Below, piece by piece: positions 36,565 to 44,996 of a stretch of DNA of 64,000 nucleotides. Positions within the stretch are counted from its first letter, which is position 1; each line of letters opens with the position of its first letter. Source of the stretch: Candidatus Bruticola sp. (lineage in GTDB: Bacteria; Vulcanimicrobiota; Xenobia; Xenobiales; Xenobiaceae); NCBI GenBank assembly GCA_051874735.1, contig JBJEGD010000022.1, forward strand, positions 32,402-96,401, given 5' to 3'. The notes under the pieces are model-generated. The model had not been told where the DNA came from. It did no database searches and saw only the letters and a list, made by a program, of their open reading frames with translations. The position numbers were made by a program, and so were the translations under genes.

Positions 36565-36803
36565 AGATCTACAATCGAATTATTCGATAACTCCACAGCA
36601 CTTTGTTTTATTCTAGAACTGAACGGAACAAACGATACGGCACAGCCAATAGGGAAGCGAATAGTAACATGAGCTGCCGGTTCAACGTGTTCGCCGCCAA
36701 AACGGCGATCTGTAACTCGGTGCCACTTATTATTTAGCACTCCCATTTGAGCTAGGATCGGAAACACATTGCTCTTATCATTAAAAAAAAGCTCAACACT
36801 CAT
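36561..36803 (-). CDS. Hypothetical 80-aa protein in the position normally held by mraZ
   Basis: SD GGAGG 8 nt before ATG 36803; the stop overlaps the rsmH start (ATGA); no MraZ motifs. Confidence 0.55.
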   Translation of the reverse strand: MSVELFFNDKSNVFPILAQMGVLNNKWHRVTDRRFGGEHVEPAAHVTIRFPIGCAVSFVPFSSRIKQSAVELSNNSIVDL

Positions 36804-37324
36804 ATCGTTTGCCTCCAATCTTTATTATCAAGGAGCCTGCCTCGAATTTAAACAACGCTGTGATCGCAACTATTTATTGAATATACAATATTTGTTAACG
36901 CGCCCAGAACTTGATGTCTTTAAAGATGATTTCATGTTTACGCTGACTTTGATACTATTCATCGAGATAACTTAAGTCAATTTATTAAATATAGTTTTTA
37001 TCATTTTCTATGAATATATCTTTTACAGCATAAAAACTATATACAGATTATTAAATCAAATATTTAGTATAAAAATCTAAATATTTTTGCATTAAAAAAG
37101 CACTATTTTTATCCCAACCTATTAAAAAAATTCTATTTATAAGAAGAAAAAAAACATGGTTACAGACAATAAAATCTTAACGATAACGCACCAGCAAATT
37201 ATTTTCGTGAATTGGTAGAAATTTAAAAATTTCAATCAAATTTCGTATGAAATGCAAAAAAAAGCTTTAAAACCCTGAACAAATGGCAGGTTAGCCTTAT
37301 ACTGAAGAAGAACCCCACCGCCCC

Positions 37325-37417
37325 CGGCTAAATAGGATAGTTCGCTATGCGCTTCTGCACTCCGAAGAGCAGACCCGGACTGGGAAAGATAAAAAGATCC
37401 CGTCAGTTCATAAGCCG
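37325..37417. ncRNA. Candidate structured RNA (multibranch) upstream of the radical SAM operon
   Basis: Closing stem cggct/agccg encloses three hairpins: atag-ttcg-ctat; tctg..ctc-cgaa-gag-caga; gac.ggga...tccc-gtc. It is a GC-rich island in an AT-rich intergenic region. Confidence 0.4.
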
Positions 37418-37445
37418 AAGATAATTTTTTTTGGAGTGATCTTCC

Positions 37446-38828
37446 TTGAAGCGCTATGTAATAGTGGGAGGCGGAGCAGCCGGTCTAACCTTAGCTTATT
37501 ATTTATGTAAAGCTGGACTGCCTACTGTAGTAATAGAAAGAGAAAGTAATGTAGGCGGTTTATCGCGCACTTTTCATTACGGTGACTGGTCTTTTGACAT
37601 AGGCCCTCACCGTTTCTATTCACAAAATCCTAAAGTAAACCGATTTTTAAAAGAAGTTCAGGGAGACGGCTTTGCAGAGATACCCAGATTTTCTCAAGTG
37701 TACTTTATGGGTAAGTACCATGAATGGCCGCTGCGCTTGGAAACTATAGCCAAGCTTCCTCCCAACGTAGCTTTGCAGGCCGGCCTGGACATGTTCTTTA
37801 GAACAGGACGAAGTAACCGCAGTTCCAGCAATACTTTTAAAGATTATGTACTCTGTCGCTACGGCAAGACTTTATACGAAACTTTCTTTAAAGATTACAC
37901 TGAGAAATTTGTGGGAATTTCTACAGAGAACACCCACCGCAATTGGGCAAAAATAGGGCTGGAACGAGCAACTATCGACGATAATGTCAACACAGCCTCT
38001 CTATTCGAGATATTCAAACTGATGCTGCTGCCTAAAAAAGCAGAGCTCAATTTTCTTTACCCTAATTCAGGTGGTATTTGTTCGTTTTGGGAAAACTGTC
38101 AACGCCGCATAATAGATATGGGCGGTGAAATTATCACTCAAAGCGAAGTATCCGCCTTAATATATAGCGTAACCGATAATGGCCTGAACGAAATTAGCGA
38201 AGTCGTTACCACAAAAGGAAAAATAGAGTGTCAGGAGTTAGCTTGGAGTGCTTCCATCAATGAACTGGCTAATAAACTTAATTTAACGCCTACACAATTA
38301 GATTATAGATCGCAAATTATATGTTCAGTAATGTTGGATAAGCCCCCTAAACACCGCTCACAGTGGTGTTATTTCGGAGACAAGAATCTATTATTTTCTC
38401 GTATATCAAATCCATCATGCTTCAGCCCGAGCTGCGCTCCTCAAGGACGAGGGGGGCTGTGCTTGGAAATAACCTGTCAATATCAAGATGATATGTGGCA
38501 CGACCCGGAAAAACTCATTCCCCGTCTCATAGAGGAGCTTCATCAAGTTGGCGTCATTAACGACAGCATCAAAGTTCTGGACGCTCGAGTTGAAAAAATT
38601 AGGGATGCTTATCCTATTTACAGTCTTAATTACATTGACAGACTCAATCTTTTAGACAAAGAGTGCAGTGCTTTCAAAAATTTAGAATTATTAGGACGTA
38701 CTGGTCGTTTCTGGTATAACAATTTAGACCATTCTATAGAAAATTCTTTAAGCACAGCTGCCAAATATTTAAAAAAGCTACATAATTTATCAGCGAAGGC
38801 GGAATCTGTTATGGAGGAAGTTTCATAG
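37446..38828 (+). CDS. FAD-dependent oxidoreductase (protoporphyrinogen oxidase / UDP-galactopyranose mutase-like superfamily)
   Basis: IVGGGAAGL, ER...VGGLSRT, FDIGPHRF, AYPIY, LGRTGRFWYNNLDHS. Confidence 0.85.
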   Translation: MKRYVIVGGGAAGLTLAYYLCKAGLPTVVIERESNVGGLSRTFHYGDWSFDIGPHRFYSQNPKVNRFLKEVQGDGFAEIPRFSQVYFMGKYHEWPLRLETIAKLPPNVALQAGLDMFFRTGRSNRSSSNTFKDYVLCRYGKTLYETFFKDYTEKFVGISTENTHRNWAKIGLERATIDDNVNTASLFEIFKLMLLPKKAELNFLYPNSGGICSFWENCQRRIIDMGGEIITQSEVSALIYSVTDNGLNEISEVVTTKGKIECQELAWSASINELANKLNLTPTQLDYRSQIICSVMLDKPPKHRSQWCYFGDKNLLFSRISNPSCFSPSCAPQGRGGLCLEITCQYQDDMWHDPEKLIPRLIEELHQVGVINDSIKVLDARVEKIRDAYPIYSLNYIDRLNLLDKECSAFKNLELLGRTGRFWYNNLDHSIENSLSTAAKYLKKLHNLSAKAESVMEEVS

Positions 38829-39074
38829 CAGCACCCAAATTGGGCAGCAGGACGGTTCGAGCCGGTTTGGGCGCCGTGGTGTCCTTCGACAGTTCTGAAT
38901 GCGCTAACAATCAGCTTTGAACTTCCCGTAGAATTACAATATATCATCAAAGTTGAATTTATCAAATTTAGGAAAGGGGAGTTGGTCTTCCATCAGGGCT
39001 GTCTGTCTTCTGAGAGTAAATAACCAGAGCGGCTGAGCCCACATTGTGGAAGATCAATTTGCAGCGCACGCAGA

Positions 39075-41156
39075 ATGTCTAATATCTTAAAGAACGGATG
39101 GCCTATTCCGAGGTTTGATTTAGCGCTGGGCATTACCGATATTCAGTGGCTCATCGGTGAAATCAGTAATGCTAGAGATAGTGAAATTGAAAAGTTTGAA
39201 AACAAGTTTGCCGAGTTTCTAGGCGTAAAAAAAGCCATTTACATGAACTCTGCCCGCGGAGCTCTCTATTTGATATTGCAATGTCTCAATTTAGCTCCGC
39301 ATTCTAAAGTAATTATCCCTGCTTGGACACATCATTCTATACCTTCGGTTATTATTGCTGCCGGTCTCCAGCCTCATTTGGTCGATATTCGTGAAGGCAG
39401 CTGGGTTATGGGGCCAGAAACTATAAGCGATGAGGACTGGGAAGGCGTTTCTGCCGTTATTATAACTCACATGTACGGATGTCCGGCCCCCGTAGAAGAG
39501 CTCACAGCCATTGCCAGAAGTAAAAACATCGTAGTCATTGAAGATTGCGCCCAAGGTTTTGGGGCCTCCGTAAACGGGAAAAAAGTCGGCACTTTTGGTG
39601 ATGCAGCTATATTTTCTTTCGCTCTTACTAAAAACTTCACCACTTTGGGTGGAGGAATGGCAGTTTTTCAAAATCCGCACTTGGCAGAAGTTGCCTCCTT
39701 GCGCATGGAAGATTCGTATATTACCCCCAGTTCTTCCATATATCCTAAAATCTTCAAAGCAGCTGCTATGTGGGCAGGCACCACAACGTTAGGCTTTACT
39801 TTAAGCGCTTATGTTTTCCTTAGTGTCGGTTGGTCGTTTTTAGGTAAAGATACGCTGCATAGCATGTTCGAAGACAGCATTAACACAAATGCTCCTGATA
39901 TCAGTGCTAAGCCTTCGCCAGTTCAAGCGGCTCTAGGCAGACGTCTGCTAGAATGGGCTGACGAGCAAAACAAGCAACGCACCCAAAACGGTAAAAAATT
40001 AATAGAACTTTTCCAGCAGGCCAAACTGCCAGGATTAGTAATTCCCAAATATCCTTCCTACGGAGAGTCAGTCTTCACTTCGTTTGTTGTCGGCCACATA
40101 GAAAACGAAAAACTGGCTCGTCAACTTTCAAGTCACAGCGTTGATACTTCTCCGGGATATTTAAAACCAGTTCAGCAAATACCCATGTTTTCTGAGTCGG
40201 TGAGTTATACCAGTAAACTAACAACCAGCAACTTGTTAGCCCGCACTCAACTCCATTTGCCCATATATCCTCGCCTAAAAGACGAAGATCTGGAGCGCAT
40301 CGTCAAAGGATGTCGCTATTCACTCGACACCATTCTTCACTATGGAGGGAATAAAGAGTTTAATCTACCTGTAGTGAAAGAAGAGAAACCGCATGACGTA
40401 CTTTACCATGGCAGCGATCCGCTTGCTGCCGATTACTCCCCTAAACGCATAAAACCTGAAAAAACTTCGCATTATTTGGGAGCTGACGAATCGTTGTCGA
40501 CCAGACGCTCTTCGGCAGAATCTCAAGCGGTGGAACCGGATGCGAGTTCCAATTTACAATCTGACCGTCCATCCACATCTACTTTTTCTGCACATTCTTC
40601 TCCAGTTCAGCAATCATTTGCGCCCCCATCTAACAATTTAGCCGCTTCTACAGTAACTTCTTTAACAGACAAACAGTCGGCGGCCGTCCCGCCTAAGCAT
40701 CCAGCGGCTCCGCCACTGCCTCCTTCAGCGCTGGGGAAGTCAGCTGCTATCCCGCCCAGTCGCCCAGCAGCTACGCCACTGCCCCCATCAGCGGCCGGAA
40801 AGTCCGCTACTGTCCCGCCCAGCCGTCCGACAGCTCCGCCGCTACCTCCATCAGCAACTGGACGGTCAACTCCACCCCAGCTCAATCGCCCAACAGCTCC
40901 TCCTTTGCCTCCTTCAGCATCCGGACGCCTTGCCACGTTACCTAATTCTGGTGCAGGACGCCCAGTTACACCAACATCATCTGGCACGGATCGTCTTTCA
41001 GCTGCTCCTACTCACTCTCGCCCGGTGGCCTCTTCAGTAGCTAAAAACATTTTGGCTCTGCGCAAGAGTCCAACCTTCAGCGGTTCGGCCGGTGCTGAGA
41101 CAGCCAATAAAGCCCATACCTCGGCTTCAGATGGCAGTGACAATAGAGCAAAGTAA
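39075..41156 (+). CDS. DegT/DnrJ/EryC1/StrS PLP aminotransferase with a hydrophobic insert and a Pro/Ser/Ala-rich tail
   Basis: FENKFAEFLG, THMYG, IEDCAQ, FSFALTKNF (PLP lysine), LPIYP; about 270-aa low-complexity tail. Confidence 0.85.
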   Translation: MSNILKNGWPIPRFDLALGITDIQWLIGEISNARDSEIEKFENKFAEFLGVKKAIYMNSARGALYLILQCLNLAPHSKVIIPAWTHHSIPSVIIAAGLQPHLVDIREGSWVMGPETISDEDWEGVSAVIITHMYGCPAPVEELTAIARSKNIVVIEDCAQGFGASVNGKKVGTFGDAAIFSFALTKNFTTLGGGMAVFQNPHLAEVASLRMEDSYITPSSSIYPKIFKAAAMWAGTTTLGFTLSAYVFLSVGWSFLGKDTLHSMFEDSINTNAPDISAKPSPVQAALGRRLLEWADEQNKQRTQNGKKLIELFQQAKLPGLVIPKYPSYGESVFTSFVVGHIENEKLARQLSSHSVDTSPGYLKPVQQIPMFSESVSYTSKLTTSNLLARTQLHLPIYPRLKDEDLERIVKGCRYSLDTILHYGGNKEFNLPVVKEEKPHDVLYHGSDPLAADYSPKRIKPEKTSHYLGADESLSTRRSSAESQAVEPDASSNLQSDRPSTSTFSAHSSPVQQSFAPPSNNLAASTVTSLTDKQSAAVPPKHPAAPPLPPSALGKSAAIPPSRPAATPLPPSAAGKSATVPPSRPTAPPLPPSATGRSTPPQLNRPTAPPLPPSASGRLATLPNSGAGRPVTPTSSGTDRLSAAPTHSRPVASSVAKNILALRKSPTFSGSAGAETANKAHTSASDGSDNRAK
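40674..40925 (+). repeat. Four imperfect 63-nt (21-aa) coding tandem repeats
   Basis: Units start at 40674, 40737, 40800 and 40863; consensus KSAAxPPSRPxAPPLPPSAxG. Confidence 0.9.
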
Positions 41157-41263
41157 GGCAAAAGCTAGCAGAAGCTGTTCGTCGTAACGGCGTTTTTAGG
41201 TCTGCTTCAGCTTTAGCCTAAATTTACTTATAAAGGTTAATTTACAATTAGGCAAAAAACGAT

Positions 41264-42298
41264 ATGAAATTTATAACTATGGCCAAAGCAGGAGCGGCCG
41301 TTCTGAAAGGACGACTCAGCGGTTCGCCTCGCCCTATTTTCGCTACTATAGCAACCAACAACACTTGCCAGTCTCGCTGTCATTACTGCAAAATTCCGGC
41401 CAGGAAACAACCGGAGTTGACTACAGAACAAATAAAAACCTTAATTAAACAAATGGCGGAATTCGGTATCCAGCGTTTAGGTATCTGGGGAGGCGAACCT
41501 CTGCTGCGCAGCGATATTGAAGAGCTGGTAGCTCACGCCAAGCATTTCGGTTTATATACAACTTTAGACACAAACGGATATCTTGTTCCTCAGAAAAAGT
41601 CTCTGCTAAAAGAACTGGATCATATAATAATCTCGTTAGACGGTCCAGAAGAGGCTCACGATGCTAACCGAGAACCTGGATCGTTTCTTAAAGCTATGGC
41701 CGCAGTAGAAACTGCCGCGGCTAGTCAAGTCGCTCTTTGGACAATTACCGTACTTACATCTAATAATATTCACCAAGTAGACTGGATACTAGATCAGGCT
41801 GATAAATACAAATTTACTCCTACATTCCAAGTTCTGCATCACAGCGAATATTTTGGTTTGAACAATCCCCTGCGCCCTTCCGACCAAGAATATAAGCAAT
41901 GCCTTCTCTATTTGAAAGAAGCTAAATTAAAAGGACGCAGGATTGGCAACTCTATTCAATGCTTAGATCATTTACTGAATTGGTCCTCTTTCAGCCAAAA
42001 TACTTCTATAGAAGGAGGGCTAGGCTGGAGTCATTGCTGGGCCGGGCGTTTTTATTTAAACATAGACGCCGACGGACGGCTCTATCCTTGTTCCCTTCTT
42101 ATAGGCGACAAATTGGGGCCGAGTGCTCTAGAACTAGGCTTTGCAGAAGCAGCGGCCCAGGTTAGCCGTTATCCCCTACCTTGCCAAAGTTGTTCAGCAA
42201 CTTGCTTTACAGAATACAATCTGCTCTTCTCTCTTAATCATCATACTATCATGCAGTGGGTCATGGCTATGGGCAGCAAACTGCATAAAAGCAAATAG
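41264..42298 (+). CDS. Radical SAM protein with a Twitch/SPASM-type C-terminal Cys cluster
   Basis: CQSRCHYC, GGEPLLR, ISLDG; CWAG...DGRLYPC...CQSCSATC. Confidence 0.92.
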   Translation: MKFITMAKAGAAVLKGRLSGSPRPIFATIATNNTCQSRCHYCKIPARKQPELTTEQIKTLIKQMAEFGIQRLGIWGGEPLLRSDIEELVAHAKHFGLYTTLDTNGYLVPQKKSLLKELDHIIISLDGPEEAHDANREPGSFLKAMAAVETAAASQVALWTITVLTSNNIHQVDWILDQADKYKFTPTFQVLHHSEYFGLNNPLRPSDQEYKQCLLYLKEAKLKGRRIGNSIQCLDHLLNWSSFSQNTSIEGGLGWSHCWAGRFYLNIDADGRLYPCSLLIGDKLGPSALELGFAEAAAQVSRYPLPCQSCSATCFTEYNLLFSLNHHTIMQWVMAMGSKLHKSK

Positions 42299-42360
42299 TT
42301 ACCTATATATATCTTGATCAATTATGCTCATTACGGCGATCTTTAATTGTAGGAAATTTT

Positions 42361-43821
42361 ATGAAGGTACTTTTAATTAACCCACCGCGCGATAACAGCA
42401 TTTCTTCAGAAGTCCCCACCACAGTCAACGCCGAAACTAATACTATTCCCCCATTAGGATTGATGTATTTAGAGGCTCATTTACACAAGTACTCTAATAA
42501 TTCAGAAGTGCGCATCGTAGATTGTCTGGCTGATCACCTACACATAGATCAGCTGCGCAGAATTGTAGCTGATTATCAGCCCCAAATTGTAGGTGTCACC
42601 GGACACACACACGATTTAATTGATATGATGCAAACTTCCCAAATGGCTAAAGAAGAACTAGGAAGTAAAGTCAAAATATTTTGGGGAGGGCCACACGTTT
42701 CCGACTTTCCTACTCAATCTATGAAATACAGCTGTGTAGACGGGTGTATTCCTTTTGAAGGTGAAGAGGCTTTTACAGAGGTTGTAACTGCTCATGCTGC
42801 GGCTTGGAATGACCAATCGGGCTACGACAATAAAACTTTGGCTGATTATCTGCAAAAAATAGAAGGCATATATTTTAAAAATGAACAGCAGCAGGTCGTA
42901 CAGACGCCGACTCGTCGTCCCATCAGCGATTTAGATCTTCTCCCCTTTCCCCGACGTGAAATTTTAGACTATCGCAAATACAGTTATGTACTTGGCAGTG
43001 AAGCAGTGGCAACTTCTCTACTAACTAGCCGGGGATGTCCCTACAAATGTTCCTTTTGCAACACTCCAGGACGTACAACTTGGAGATGGCGCAGTGCTGG
43101 ATCGGTAGTTGATGAGTTAGAAAAATGCGCGGAATTGGGAGTAAGTGAGGTGTACATCGTCGATGACACTTTCAATGTGCGCCAAGATCGAGTATTGGCC
43201 ATATGCAATGAAATTCAGAAACGCTCTATAAAAGTAAACTGGAATATCAGAGCCAGAGCCAACTGCATTACACCTGAAACAGTTAAAGCTATGCGCCGTG
43301 CAGGGTGTACCAGAGTCCATATCGGAGTAGAATCAGGTACCGATGAAGGGATGAAAGCACTTAATAAAAATTTGACAACTGCTAAAGTCCGCCAAGCTTT
43401 TAAAATGCTCACAGACGAAGGTTTGGCTACTGTCTGCTACTTTATGATAGGCTGCCCTCACGACAGTTCTCTAGATGAAATAAACAAAACTATCAATTTT
43501 GCTATCGATCTAGATCCAGACTATGCCCTATTTGGCATTTTAACTCCTTATCCCAACACATTAGTTTACAATCAAGGCATAGAAAAAGGCATACTCGATC
43601 CTAATCATTGGGAGCAATTCCTGGCTAATCCTTATCCAGATTTTAAGCCACAGGTTTGGACAGAATTTTTTAGCGCAGCCGAGCTAAGTACTTTATGTGA
43701 TCAAGCCTTTAAACGCTTCTATCTGCGTCCTAAACAGATGTTCCGCAAGCTTCTAGAGCTGAAGAATTTCCACGACATGGCCCGCAAATTAAAAGCAGGC
43801 TGGGAGATTTTGAAATTATGA
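42361..43821 (+). CDS. B12-binding-domain radical SAM protein
   Basis: LLINPP...PPLGLMYL, GGPHVS, EGE, SRGCPYKCSFC, DDTF, GVESG, FMIG.P. Confidence 0.93.
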   Translation: MKVLLINPPRDNSISSEVPTTVNAETNTIPPLGLMYLEAHLHKYSNNSEVRIVDCLADHLHIDQLRRIVADYQPQIVGVTGHTHDLIDMMQTSQMAKEELGSKVKIFWGGPHVSDFPTQSMKYSCVDGCIPFEGEEAFTEVVTAHAAAWNDQSGYDNKTLADYLQKIEGIYFKNEQQQVVQTPTRRPISDLDLLPFPRREILDYRKYSYVLGSEAVATSLLTSRGCPYKCSFCNTPGRTTWRWRSAGSVVDELEKCAELGVSEVYIVDDTFNVRQDRVLAICNEIQKRSIKVNWNIRARANCITPETVKAMRRAGCTRVHIGVESGTDEGMKALNKNLTTAKVRQAFKMLTDEGLATVCYFMIGCPHDSSLDEINKTINFAIDLDPDYALFGILTPYPNTLVYNQGIEKGILDPNHWEQFLANPYPDFKPQVWTEFFSAAELSTLCDQAFKRFYLRPKQMFRKLLELKNFHDMARKLKAGWEILKL

Positions 43822-44996
43822 GAAACCCTTGGCCAGTCCTTAAAGCTATTTTAGGTGGGGATACCCCTATTTACGTACACTTTGGCTTAACTCACCGATG
43901 CAACTTAACTTGCGCCATGTGCGGTTTATGGCAAAAGGGCGATAAAAATGAAGAGCTAAGTTTAGAGCAGATAAAGGCTGCTGCTAACAATTTTCGCAAA
44001 CTAGGCACTGTAGCCATATCTTTAGGAGGCGGAGAGCCTTTTTTGCGACCGGATCTACCCAAAATTGTGGCAGCTTTCATACGCAACGGTATTGAAACGC
44101 GAGTTCTTACCAATGCCTTGGCCGGTTCAACTGATATGCACGAAGCTGTAGCTGCTGCCGGTCTGCGCCATATTTCCATCTCCCTAGATACTCCTAACCC
44201 TGCAATACAGAGTGAGATTTGCCACAAGCCAGAAATTTGGGAAAAAATTATTGACAGAATTCGCTTTTGGTCTTCATACATCCAGAAACGTTCTGGAACA
44301 GGCTTAATCAACTGTGTAGTTTCAGCGCGAAACATAAACGATATTCCTAAAATGGCAGCTATTGCCCAAGCTTATAACTTTTATCTGTCTCTGGTGCCTT
44401 TAGAAAGACACAGCTATCAAGGTGAAATACTCAGCTGTTCTCCTGATTCAGAAGAAATGCGCTTTGCCAGCCAAGATGAAGAAAAACTAAACAGCCTCTG
44501 GGAATATTTATATAAACTAAAGAAGCAGCCTAATTCTCCTATTTTCAACTCCATGCCTTATATAAAGGCCATGATTCAATTTTTAAAATACGGCTGCCGA
44601 AACGACTCTTCAGAGACCTCTAATTTGCTTAGCCATAATTTTTGGGGAACTGGACTTGACTGTCAGACGGGTAGCTTAAGCTTTTCAGTCAGTCCCAGCG
44701 GCCGCTATTCTATGTGCCACTTTCAAGATGAGGCTCCGGAAGAGCATCCCAAAGTTTATGAAGATAGTTTTATAAACTGGTACAAGCATAAGCGCGATCT
44801 GTCCAAAATAAAAAAGTTGCGCCGCAGCTGCCTGGCTTGTTTTCGTCCCTGCTGGTGGGAGATAGCCTTAACTATGCATAAATATCCAGCCTTTATGAAT
44901 GCTCTTCAATTGACCTTTCGCCGCATTCCTAGTCAGAAACGTCCATCGCCTTCAGAATTAGTAGAAACTATAAAAAAGGTTCCCCCACTATGTTAG
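43818..44996 (+). CDS. Radical SAM protein with a Twitch/SPASM-type C-terminal Cys cluster
   Basis: RCNLTCAMC, GGEPFLR, ISLD; CQTG...SGRYSMC...CLACFRPC; ATGA overlap with the upstream gene. Confidence 0.92.
   Translation: MRNPWPVLKAILGGDTPIYVHFGLTHRCNLTCAMCGLWQKGDKNEELSLEQIKAAANNFRKLGTVAISLGGGEPFLRPDLPKIVAAFIRNGIETRVLTNALAGSTDMHEAVAAAGLRHISISLDTPNPAIQSEICHKPEIWEKIIDRIRFWSSYIQKRSGTGLINCVVSARNINDIPKMAAIAQAYNFYLSLVPLERHSYQGEILSCSPDSEEMRFASQDEEKLNSLWEYLYKLKKQPNSPIFNSMPYIKAMIQFLKYGCRNDSSETSNLLSHNFWGTGLDCQTGSLSFSVSPSGRYSMCHFQDEAPEEHPKVYEDSFINWYKHKRDLSKIKKLRRSCLACFRPCWWEIALTMHKYPAFMNALQLTFRRIPSQKRPSPSELVETIKKVPPLC

Noticed and set aside
37281-37430. Canonical cobalamin riboswitch ahead of the B12-dependent enzymes
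   Set aside because: Only short word matches; the core elements and their order are missing. Kept as an unclassified RNA candidate.
38850-38866. ggttcgagcc, a tRNA/tmRNA T-loop-like word
   Set aside because: No acceptor stem, cloverleaf or CCA end surrounds it.
40607-40987. Gly-rich 126-aa antisense ORF, and the tandem repeat as a CRISPR-like array
   Set aside because: The ORF is the shadow of the Pro-rich repeat. The repeats are contiguous, in-frame and have no spacers or cas genes.
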